Positions 23,794 to 35,325 of a stretch of DNA of 64,000 bases are shown in pieces. The stretch's first letter is position 1, and every line of letters begins with the position of its first letter. Origin of the DNA: Guillardia theta CCMP2712 (lineage: Eukaryota > Protista > Cryptophyta); contig NW_005434634.1 of assembly GCF_000315625.1 (NCBI RefSeq), forward strand, positions 334,531 to 398,530, read 5' to 3'. The notes below the pieces were generated by a model that saw only the letters and a program-made list of their open reading frames with translations, made no database searches and was not told the DNA's origin. The position numbers were made by a program, and so were the translations under genes.

Positions 23794-26700
23794 TTACTTC
23801 TTGCTCAACAAGCTGTCGCCATGACTGATATGGCGGTGCAAGATATCGTGAACCCCGTGGATCCGAACGATCAACACGTTCCCCTCGCTGTCTCCGCACA
23901 TGCAGATCGCCCGCTCCTGGTCGACCACAGAGCTCATGGACGTGAAGGCAAAGGGCCAAGGAAGGGCCCCCAGCGGCTGCCCGCTCCTGCAGTCGAAGAT
24001 CCGCACGCTGCCGTCGTTGCTAGCGGACAGCGCGTACGACCCGAACCTTGACAGCTGCAGGCTCCTGATCTCGGCGTCATGGCCGACCAGGTCGAGCGGC
24101 GGCGCCTCGTACGCCTTCATGTCCCACATGTGCATCGCGCCCTCGTAGCCCGAGCACAGGAGGAAGCCTGCCTCGGAGATGGCGCAAGTCAGCAGCGCAG
24201 ACTTGGCCTTGAGGATGTGGAGACACTCTCCCTTCTTCGCCGTCCAGACCCTCACCGTCCTGTCCCCGGACACAGAGATCGCTCTCTTGTTGTCCGGGCT
24301 GAAGCCGCAGGCGTACACGTAGGCTCCGTGCTTCCCCTGCCACTGCTCCTTGCCTGACTTGGCGTTCCACACCCTGACGGTCTTGTCGGTGGAGGAGGTC
24401 ACGTAAAGGTTCATGCTGGGGCTGACCTCGGCGTCCAGCACGGACCCCTCGTGCCCCTGCAGGCTCATCTCCTGCGAGATCGAGTCAAGGCTCCACACCT
24501 TAGCGAGGTGGTCGAGGGAGCCAGTGATGAAACGCTTCCCGTCCCTTGCGAACTTCAGCGCCCGGATGCAGAGGTCGTGGTAGCCTATCTCCATCGAGCA
24601 CGAGCCGCTCCCTGACGACAGCATCTCCGGGATCTTGAAGACTCGGATCACCCCGTCGTCGCAGGCAGCAACAAACACATCGTCAGAGTGGGGAGGGAAG
24701 CATGCTACGCGGCAGACATGCGCGCAATCGCATCTCATCACCATCTCCGCCTTGTTAGTGTCCCATAGGCACAGCTTCCCGTCCTCGCTGCTCGACACCC
24801 CGTAGGTGCCCGAGGGCGACAACGCCATGCTCTGGATCCAAACAGGGTTCTCGTTGATCTCCTTGCCGTTGATGTTCTCTTCGTCCTCGTCCTCGTCAGG
24901 CTCAGCCTCGTGCTCGTAGCCCTCCTCCCCCTCAGGGACCTTCCTCTCCCTCTCGTGCGCCATCTGGATCGAGATCGCCTTGATGTTCCACAGCTTCGTG
25001 ATCTTGTCGGCGCTAGAGGTCACCAGCCAAGCTCCATCCTTTGACGTCGACGTCTTGAACACGATGCCCGAGTGCGCCGCGATGCTCAAGGCTGGGGAGG
25101 GAGCATCGTCATCGACGGACCAGAAGGAGAGGGCTCCTCCTTCGCTCGCCATGCACATCAGGCTGTCCTGTAGCATCAGGCTGCAAGAGAAGCACGACCC
25201 GCTGCCAGTCTTGAACTCTCGCACCAGACCTCCGTCCTCTGTCTTGTCCGTCGACCAGATGGAGCAGGTGGCAAAGGCGGAGGCAGTGATGAGCCTGTCG
25301 CCGTCCTGGAAGAAGTGAACGTCCAAGACCTTGCCTCTGTGCTGGAAGTCCTGCAGCACCGACTTGCTCTCCAGGTCCCACACCTTGCAGGTCTTGTCCA
25401 GAGAGGCGCTGGCGAGCCTCAGCCCGTCGGGCGAGAAGTCGCAGGCTCTGACGGGTCCCTCGTGCCCCTTTAGCACGTGCAGGGTCGTCGCCTCCTCGTT
25501 CCAGAGGTGAATCTGCATGTCCTCGGCCCCCGAGGCGAACGTCTTCTCATCGGGAGACACGGCAAGGGAGAGGACGGGAGACGAGTGACCCTTGTAGGTA
25601 GCGATGCACGACGTCGTCGGCTCGTCCCAGATCTTGGCGGTGTTGTCCGAGGCCGCTGAGAGGATGCGGGAGGAGGAGGACAGGAACCGGACGGCGTTGA
25701 CGACACTCTTGTGAGCTTGAAAGGACATGACGCTCTCGCTCGTCTCCGAGTCCCAGATGTAGAGGTCCCCCGAGTCGCTTCCGTTGACGATCACCGAGCC
25801 ATCGTCCGAGATGTGTGAGCAGCGGATGACGCTCCGACTTCCGACCAGCACGGAGCTCAGCGGCGAGATGGAGATGGGCTTGTTCAGGGCTTGCATCCAG
25901 ACTCGAGCGTTGGACGAGCTCGAGAGGATCTTCCCTGCCTGGATCTCTGGCAGCGTGTTCTCGGGCTCGTTTGCCGCCATCTGGATCATCAGCCCCGGCT
26001 GTTCGATCATGCTGGAATGCTGCCCCAGAGCGTTGAGGGATCGGATGAAGAAGCGGTAGCAGGACTGCAGGTTCGAGTAGCTCACCTCCACACCGTCCAC
26101 CGAGCTCACGAGGTCAGCAGGGACGGCCTTCATCCCCGTCGTGTACATGCGCTGCAGCTCTGCGCTCATTCCAGCTTCGCACATGGCCTGAATGAGCTCC
26201 AGGTCGCAGAGGCTGATGCAGACGTCTTCCCACAGCTCAGCGTTGATTTGATGATAGATCATGTTCCTCAATTTCCTGATGTTCTTCCTCCGACCCAGCA
26301 GGTCTGACTGGTGCTCTATCCTCTGGTTCCAGTAGAACTTCGCCAGCATGCGGTTCCACTCCTGGATCCGCTCTTGGAACCCGGGCACGTTCAGGATGAT
26401 GCTGCGGTACGATTCATGCCGGATGCTGAAGACAGTCCGGTAGTCTCGCTCTCGAGTCACTATGTAGGGGGTCAGGCGGTGGATCATACGGTTGAACATG
26501 CGGTAGGGGAACGACTTGCTGTGCTTGCCCTCCCCCTCCATGAAGAGAAGCTGCAGCAGCTCGTACTCCGACAGCCCGTTCCTCGCCACGCACAGCAGCC
26601 CCAGACACTCGTAGACCAGCACCCCAGGCGTCGTCGTGATGTCCATCAGCTTGTCGGGGAAGGCGAAGGAGGAGACGTTGTTAGTCGCTTCATCGAAGCA

Positions 26701-29599
26701 GAACCGCAGGTACGACCGGAACGCACACGCATCTGTCGCCATGCTCTTGGCGTTTTCCAGCACCGCAGCCTTTTGCTCGGGCTGGAGCCCCTGCTTGTAG
26801 TTGTCGAGCCAGTGATCGATGATCTCTCCGTACTCCCCGGGGTCCAAGTTGGACACGGTCTTGATGTTCTGCTTGGAGAACTTGGAGATCGCCTGAGGAT
26901 CGTCTTCTAGCGCGCTGGCAACCACATACACGTTGTTGGGGAGGGTCGCGGGCAACCACGAGAGCCGTCGGGCGTGATCGGTGCGAGGAAGCTCATTCAG
27001 CCCGTCGAGGAAGATGATGACAGGCTTCTTGTTGCTGAGCACCCGCAGCAGCTCCGGGAACTCCACCAGCAGAGTGTTGTAGGACGCGGGACGCGGACCT
27101 GTTCGCTCCTGTCCCAGGACCCTGGCGAGCTCCTCGCAGAGAGTCTCCAGCAGAAGCCTTCCGTCTCGAGTGAAGGGGGTGGCTCCGACACAGCGATAGA
27201 TGAGGACGCAGTGACCTGCTTCCTTGGAGTAGGAGAACTTCTCCGCGCATGCAGCTAGAAGCGATGACTTGCCCGTCCCTGTCATTCCAGTGACTACGAG
27301 AGGGCAATTTGGAACAGCCTGTTTCTCAGCTTCCTCCTTTGCTTTCCTCTTTGACTTGACGTCGGTCATGCTCGATGCCTTGTGCAGGATGGTGGCTCGA
27401 GAAGGAGAGCCTCGGATGTAGTCCATAATGTCATGAGCCAGCTGATTCGATTCCCACCTGAAAATGTTCGCTGCATTTCGCTTCAGGAGGTCGGTATGAG
27501 CTTCTAACTCCATGTCTATCATCGATGCCGACGGCTTCTTCATCATCTCAAGCATCTGCGATGAAAGACACTCGTAGACCTGATGTGAAAACAAGTTGAG
27601 ATAATCCTGATCCAAGATTTCAATGGTGGCTTTCTGATTGAAGGTAGACACGCTGTGCAACTTCAGCAGGTTTGAATCATACGTCAGTCGATATTGGTAC
27701 ACTTGATCTTCATGAAAACGTTCCACCACGTTCTCTTTGAAGTTTGTCTGACGTTCGATTATTTGCAGGGTTTCATCATCTGTCTTGTTGGGCATGATGC
27801 TGTGATACTTGTCGAGGGCCATGGAGTCAACATTCCTGATGAAGATGTAAGTCCGTTTCGCCTGGTCCAGCTCTAAACCCAGAGAGATGCACTTGGTCAG
27901 TTCTTGCTCGTTGAGGCTCTTTGATATCTTTGCTCGTACTCTTGCAAAGGAGCTGTGAATTTGTTTATCCTCTCCCTCCTGCTCTGCAAACGCCCTGAGA
28001 ATCATAGAAACCTCCTCCTCGCTCCCGTTCTGCAGGACGTAAGTAGGCACGACAGCATTCTTGTCGAGCATGTAAAGTCTCTCGATGGCATCGGTGAGGC
28101 CTTTCTCATCGCTGGCAGCCTCAATGATCTTGGAGCTTGCTTTCAGCGTTTCAAACTCAGATTGTGAAAGCTCCGATGGCAGAACACACTCTCCGGGGAG
28201 GTCAGCGATCAGCCCAACAAAGATGTAGTTCTTGTCCGTCGCAACCTTTGACAACTCGTTCATAGCCTCGATTTGACTTGGCCCGGTCTGAGAAGCATCT
28301 TCCGATCCCCCTGGACTATAGCGCAGGTCGATCGGAAAGATTTCGGCACCAACGGTCTCAGCCAAAGCCATCAGCTTGGGAAAGACAACGTCATGCAGAA
28401 CTTTCCTCTCCGAAAAATGCTGATGCATGCAAGAAGACACGTATACTCGAATCACCTTTGAATGCTTTGAGATGTGGCTGTTCTGCTGTCTGTTCGCATT
28501 TTCTCGCCTCCTCTTGCAAAGATAAGTTGCAAACTCTTCTACACTGATATTCCCATTTTGACTGAACTTGATACCACTCGGACCAAAAATCGCTTGGATT
28601 TCTTCGAAATCTACGTTGTTGAAATAGAGGCTCGCTTGGATCTCAGCCATTGTCAGCATTCCATCACCGTCAGTGTCGAACTGTCGAAACAACTCCTTCG
28701 CCTGTTGCATGATGTAAGGAGCTATTTGAGCAATCAAAATCTAGATCAGATGGACCTCTTTCAACTCCTTTGCCGAGGGCAGGAAGACGTCGATTTCTTC
28801 TACATTCATCTTGTTTGGTTTGTTCTGTTCGCTGCGCTCCTTCCTCGAGAAACTTTCTCGTTTTGGGAGGGAAGCGCTCTTCGAGGACCGCCCAGTGGGT
28901 GTGCTTGCGGTGGCCTTGGTTCCGAACATGGAGGGAGACGCCATCTGACCTGCTGTGACGGACAGAAGAGAGTTGTTCGCCGAGGTTGCTTGAATGGAAG
29001 ATGCTTGCAAGGATTGAGATGCTGACCTTCGTCCTCGCAGACTTTCATCCACACTGTTGCTGGCTGAATGTGGCATACGCGATCGAGGTACCCTGTCAAT
29101 TCCATCGTCATCCCTTGCATCTAGGTATTCCTCAATTGTTTACCCGGCATCGTCTACTGGAGCTATCCGGACAGTTGATCTTGTCGACTTTACATGATTG
29201 ATGAGGAGCGATGGTGAATAGACTCTTTGCAGCGGAAGGAGAAACGGTGAAGGATCGGACGAAATCTTTTGTGCGGCGTTCAACAAAGGAAACTTCGGGC
29301 CTTTGGAACCTTGCAGGCAAAGTGAGAACGCAACAAGAGCATACAGCCAACCCTTCATGAGATTGCTCACCAGCATTCTCTCCGTCTGAATTCCCCGAGA
29401 TCGATCCTCCCTTCCTGACATCGCTGGACTTGAGACTTCTCGACAAGGATGCCTCGACCACCTCGACGGTCAACCTCGGCTCAGTTGACTTGGATCTTGC
29501 GGGGATGAACTTTTTGGGCACGATGATCTTTCCTTCTGCTGACGTCGGACGGCTCCCAGGAGCTTCAAACTGCGTTCCGCTGTCCGCCCTACCCGCCAT
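23794..29599 (-). CDS. EF-hand + DUF4062-like + NACHT NTPase + WD40 repeat protein (NWD1/TEP1-like STAND protein)
   Basis: EF-hand FDTDGDGMLTMAE; RVYVSS...ERKVL...FPKL...IDLRY (DUF4062-like); Walker A GMTGTGKS; Walker B IIFLDGLNEL; more than 12 GH...WD repeats in two blocks split by an acidic linker. Upstream Ser-rich exons splice in (ELKE|AKELF). Confidence 0.93.
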
Positions 29600-29975
29600 G
29601 ACAGCCCGGGCCGGCCCTTTCCGAACAGTTACTACCCCACCCCCATCATTGCCCCCTACAACCCACTCCCGACACCGACAAGCATGGAGCTTCCAACCGC
29701 CAACGACGGGTTGAACCATTCTTCAAAAGTAACCAAGCAATTTCAAATGTAGACATTTAACTTTCAATTGTTGGCCAACGGTCGGACCGTCACACCGCCG
29801 GGTGACCGGCGCCGGTCATGATCCGATCACTGCTAGTGCGCGGCCCGGCCGCGGGCAGGCCGGGCCGCCGCCGGGGGCCCTGAGTCGGACTCCGGGGATG
29901 TGACTCGGGCCGGTGCGGCGGGGCCGGCGGCTTTGATCATCACTGAGTCAAGTCTGGTCAGTGAGTCGCCGGATG

Positions 29976-30003
29976 CTTTACTCAAAGTTAAGTTAAAAAT
30001 CAG
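29976..30003 (+). repeat. 28-bp dispersed motif CTTTACTCAAAGTTAAGTTAAAAATCAG, copy 1
   Basis: Exact reverse-complement match at 44846-44873. Confidence 0.9.
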
Positions 30004-30294
30004 TACGACAGTGAACCCGTCGACCAGCGGGCCCGGCCCGCCCGGAAGTCACCGTGACACCTCCGAGCCCGAGCGGTACATTTTCAGTCTGGCAGACTCT
30101 CCTGGGCGTCGAGTCATGCGGCTGAATGGAATTTGCAGGTCGCTGGTTCTCCATGCGGGTGGTATGAGGAAATGATCTGAATGAGGGGGTGGGGGTACTC
30201 AGAAAACCATTTCAAGCCTAGCATCCGATAGAGAAGCTTTGGTGGTGGGGTCAGTAACATAGGGGTGGGGGTGGCACTATTTCAGGGAACAAAG

Positions 30295-32720
30295 ATGAGC
30301 GCGCATCTCGACGAGGCAGCCGTGAGGGAGGCGACGATGATCAGGGAGATCCCAAGACCGGTGAGAGGAGGAGAGGAGGAGAGGAGGAGAGGAGGAGAGG
30401 AAAGAGCAGACGAGACTGTCGTGTGGGGAGGATAGCAGAACAAGACCCTGATTTATGCAGTTCGATGTGTGCTGCTGTGAATCGGGGAATCTATCTGTGC
30501 ATTGGAGGCAGAGATTGGGGTGGATTCAAGCGTGCCTGTGCCTTGGCCTTGAGAAATAATCTTTATCGCACAGGATGGAAAGGGTGATATCAAGTTGTTT
30601 GTGACGTCCTCCAACAATGCTCCATTGTCTGGTCCCGGGTTTGGCTACAAGACAGTGAAATCCACGGGCGAGATTTACTTCTACTACGATTCCAACCGTT
30701 TCCCCGAGGGCCGGGAAAACGCACAGGTAGGATCTTCTTGATGCGAAGAGATGGGTATTGATCGAGCATCTGACATGCAATCACCTGCTACCTCGCTCAG
30801 GTTGCCTCTGCCATACAGAAGTTGATCGATGAGATGCCACGTCACCCGGAGAAATTTAGCAACTGTGAGGTAGCACATGTGCATCAGAGGTCCACATTGT
30901 TCTCATCCTCATGTGTTTGCCGGTCAGCCCATCACGAGCAATTTCGGAGCCGATGAGATAGCGAATCCGGACATGGCAACTCTGGAGAAACGACTGGAAT
31001 CCTTCCGTGACTGGCCGAGAGCTGAGATGAATTTCAGGAAATTGGCTGAGGTATTCCTGATACTTGCTAATTCTGCATGTTCTAATGCTTGTCTTCAGTC
31101 AGGATTCTTCTACGCTCCAATACCAGGATGCACTGACAGGTGCATCTATTACGCTTCGGGCAATGCTCTTTTCAACTGGGACCCCAACGACGATCCCTGG
31201 ACAGAATACAAGAAGTGGTACCCTAACTGTCCTTACGTCAAGAAGAAGGAGGCTGCTGCTAACAATGTGAGTTTTGGTTTTGGTTGCGTGTTTCTCGCCC
31301 CTATCTCTGCATCTCTTGTTTTGATTTTCTCATTCGCCCAGGGGAAAGGCGGCTCAGTGTTCAGCGGGTTGAAGAGCTTCTTCTCGGTCACACCGACCAA
31401 GGCCCAAGAGCAGCCCCCGGCACAACCTATAAATCTTTCCGAGAGATGGCCTCAACACATCAAAGATGCTGATCCCGCTGTGCGGTAGGAACAACCACCT
31501 GGACATGCTCGGAGCTGATTTCAGCGATTTAGGTGGCGCAAGGTTCTCGAATGGGAGATATCCAGAGAATCAAAAGACAGGAGGGGAGCAGTTCAACCCA
31601 GCACTGACCGAATTCTACAACATGTGATCAAGTTGATCGATAGGATCTTCTTTGAATGTGATTTCCCTAGGCTCATCGGCAGCAGGAGATTACCAACCAG
31701 TCGCTCGCGCAGTCGAAAAACAAACTTGCAGAGATCGAGTCAGAAGCGATTAAGGGGATCGGTCATAGCCCTTCCTCGGGTGACAAACAGGTTTCCTCTC
31801 GGACGATGACGAGAAGATTCAGTGCATCTCACTCTGACGCATCGGCAGACCATTGAGGGCGCGACCGGGGGGACTGATGAAGACAGCAGATCAGTCGCTT
31901 CTTCTCCCAGCGTCACTTCTGCATCTCTTAGTGAAGCTGTCGAGGTCTATTGTCGATCCTGCACGGCACTGGAGTTGACATCAGGCCGATAGGGATGGAA
32001 TTTGAGGGCGGAAAAGGAAGAATGGGTCCGGGAAAAGGCTGTCTTTGTTGCCGTCAGGTCGAGGTGCGCCCGTGGTAGTTTTTTCCAGCCTCCCCCTGAT
32101 GTAGAGCAGGATGGGAGAGGATCTTATCCAGCTTGAAGAGACGATACAGAAGAGGCGGAAGGCAACTCATGAAGCACGCCGCAGCGACGTGTGATGGTGA
32201 TGGTTCGATGCAGGAGCTCTCGGAGGTGGAGCATCATCTCAAGGCTGCGATGGATCATTTCTTCGCCAAGAACTCGCAGATGCTCGATCTCGTGGATGAG
32301 AGGGTCGAGAAGCTGGCGAGCGGATACTCAAGAGTAGCAAAGCTCATTACCAAGAGTATGGACAATGCAATCATGCAGAAGGAGGCGGGGATAGAAGCCT
32401 TGAAGAGGTTGATGCCTCAGTCCGTCACCCACCCGCTGACCTTGACTTCCTGGCAGGCGTACTCAGCAGCAGATTGAGCAGAGGGAGAAGGCGGAGTTGG
32501 AGCTCCGAAAGCTTGCAGACAAACAGGATCAGGCAAGGGGATGTTAGTGTGCGCCGCAACATGACACGATTCCCGCTCGCAGGAGGAGCGTGAGCTCGAG
32601 ATGATGCGGAACACGTTCAAGTCGAAGCAGCAAGAGCTTGTCGACATGAAGATGGGTCCTGCTCGCCTCCTTCCTGTCGCTGTCTCTGACACTGTGCATG
32701 CTGCTGCAGGCAAGATGTAA
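30295..32720 (+). CDS. Degenerate BIR (IAP-repeat) domain protein with C-terminal coiled coil
   Basis: RLESFRDWP...LAESGFFY...DRC...NWDPNDDPWTEY...PNCPYV follows the BIR consensus; the downstream exons are heptad-rich. Confidence 0.8.
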
Positions 32721-33506
32721 ATAGTTGCCGATGGATGCTGGGACCTTCGATCTGCTCTGCTAACCACGGCCATTGCCACCTCATTCATTTTATTCTTAAC
32801 CACGCATCACTTCTCTTGGAGGTGAACCTGTGGTGCATTCCCTACGTCGCCTTTCTCTAATTGTCCTCCTCTTTCATTCCATACGGATTTTTTGCAATAC
32901 ATTTTCGACCTCACTTCTTTCACGTTCCTGCCTTGCGTTGCCCTCTCCCGCCCCGCCCCCTTCTCTACCTGATCTTTTTTCTTCCCCTCTCCTTGGACGT
33001 CCCCTCTCCTCTCTCTCCCCCCTTCCTCATGCCTCCCCTCCGCCGCTCTCCCTCCCCTCGCCCATGACGTCGAACTCGCATCTTGAAAATCTTCACCTTT
33101 CCACAAACCACCACCCCTACCCCCTCCATCTACTTCTCGTACCCCTACCCATCTTCCCCCTTTTCCCATCGTCCCTACTCCCAGTGTACTCCCCGCGTCT
33201 CTATCCTCCCCCTCCTCCTTGCTTCCTTCAGAACCATTCAACCACTGAACCACTTGCTGCTCTACACCACCAGCTCCTCCATCTCTTGCTCGCTCCTTCC
33301 TAGTCCGTCTCTTGCCGTCCGCAAGGATCTCTTCATCCCCCCCTCCTCAATTTGCCCTGTGTGCTCCCTTATCTGTACCTGTACCTGTGCCTGCCCCTGC
33401 CCTGCTTGCCTTATCCATCCTCTCACCGTTCCCCCCCCTCGTTGACCTGACTGCCATCCCTATCGGAAACTTGTCCTCACTTTCCTGCAGGAGAAGTTTT
33501 CTTGAT

Positions 33507-35123
33507 ATGTTGAGAAGACCCGGCAAGGGAGCTTCTACACTCGCATCCATCCTTCTCCGTAGCCAGAACCGGGGTCACCTGTTGAGTTCAAAGCAGGACT
33601 TCACGGTCAATCAGATACGGGTTGCGTTGGCGGTAGCAAGTTTCCTCCTGCAATCGACGAAAGCGAACTGCTGGCAAGGCAGCAACGCGTTTGTTAAGAA
33701 CATCGCGTTTGCAAACAGGTTCTCGATCAGTCAACCCTTTTCTCTCCTTAGGAAGGTGAGGGCATGCTCGCTGGAAGAGAGCAAGTTCTGCCTGACATAG
33801 TCACAGATCTCTCAGTTTCGATCGTCGGGGATGAGCAGTCGAGACACCAGCCCCCTCCATGCTCAGAAGGAGGCTTACGTTAATGCCGACCCAACAGGGG
33901 ATTCATCCAAGACACAAGATGTTTTCAGGGGAGTGCTCCAGCTTCTCAACTACAAGCAGATGCTTGCCAGCCGAACGGAAGACATCGCCAGGAGAAGGCG
34001 AAAGAGCAGCGTCTCCTCCAGCGGGCCCGAGCACCTCATTGTGCTGGTGCATGGATTGGCAGGCACTGCAGGTGAACTTTGATCGAACTTGTCTCAGCAG
34101 CTACTCACACTCGTTGCGATTAAGATGACCTAGCATACCTGAAACGCTCTGTCGACTCACAAGATGGCACACTGAAGAACACGCTCGTCTACCTTGCTAA
34201 GTGCAATGAGGACAAAACAAGAGATGGGGTGGAGGCTGGTGGATGGCGGCTGGCCAAGGAGATTGTGGAGCTTGTAGAGGAGGTGCCATCGTTGCAGCGG
34301 ATCTCCTTCGTAGGAAACAGCTTGGGCGGGCTGTACTCAAGGTACGCCATTGCCGTGCTGCACAGGGAGGGAGGAGGAGGGCGTCAGGAAGAGGATCTGG
34401 TCTGCGGCCTCAAGCCGGACACGTTCGTCACCACAGCCACTCCCCACCTGGGGGTTCGCAGGTTCACTTACCTTCCCATCCCCGACCAGCTGCATGGGCT
34501 GGCGCCAGTCTTCGTGGGTCGAACGGGCGACGATCTTTTCATGCTGGGGAAGGAGGGAGACGAGCCCCCCCTGCTGCTGCTGATGAGTACCTGCGAAGTC
34601 TTCCTCCGGGGCCTCCGAAGCTTCAGTCGGCGACGGGCCTACGCGAATCTGGAGGGAGACTTCCTGGTGCCCTTCGGAACGGCGGCTTTCATGGTGGAGG
34701 ATGGACGAGCAGGCTGGGGGATCCTAGAGAAGGGGACCTCAGAGGACTTCGAGAAGAAGTCGAGGAGGATCCTCAACCAGTCGCAAGTTGTCTGCGAGAT
34801 GATGGTAGATGCGCACGAGGAGCAGGTCAGCTCGGACAGAATCCGTTCGGCGAACGGCAAGTCAGACTCGGAGGCTCTCATGGTACGTGCTCCATGCCGT
34901 GGGATCATCCCTTGTGCTGACTGATCGACAGGCTACTGCCCTCAACAGCTGCGGGTGGTCCAAGGTGGGGGTACGATTCAGCAGCCCGCTCCCGCTCGCT
35001 CACAACAAGATCTGCGCGTTGGAGGGAGGAGGGCTGCTGCGAGCGCCTGTGCGGTGGATGTGGGAGGAGGGGAGGGGAGTAATGGACCATCTAGCGCGGT
35101 ACCTGCTGAGGAGCGAACCATGA
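33507..35123 (+). CDS. DUF676 lipase-like alpha/beta hydrolase
   Basis: HLIVLVHGLAG, ISFVGNSLGGLYSRYAI (nucleophile elbow), FVTTATPHLG and YANLEGDFLVP. The basic/Ser-rich N-terminus may be an organellar presequence. Confidence 0.9.
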
Positions 35124-35325
35124 AGTCATCGAGCCTGGGGACTTCTAGCAAGGGGTAGGGTATTTGTATTTAAGGGGTAGGGTATATTTTCCCCTAAAGG
35201 AAACACTTCCAATTAGGTGGTAGTAAAAGGATATTTGTTGGGTGGGGTGATGTAAATGTGGGGTAGGGGTGATCGGCATGCAATGGTGGAATGATAGGGG
35301 TGGTTAAAATGGGTTGCGTCCAGTG

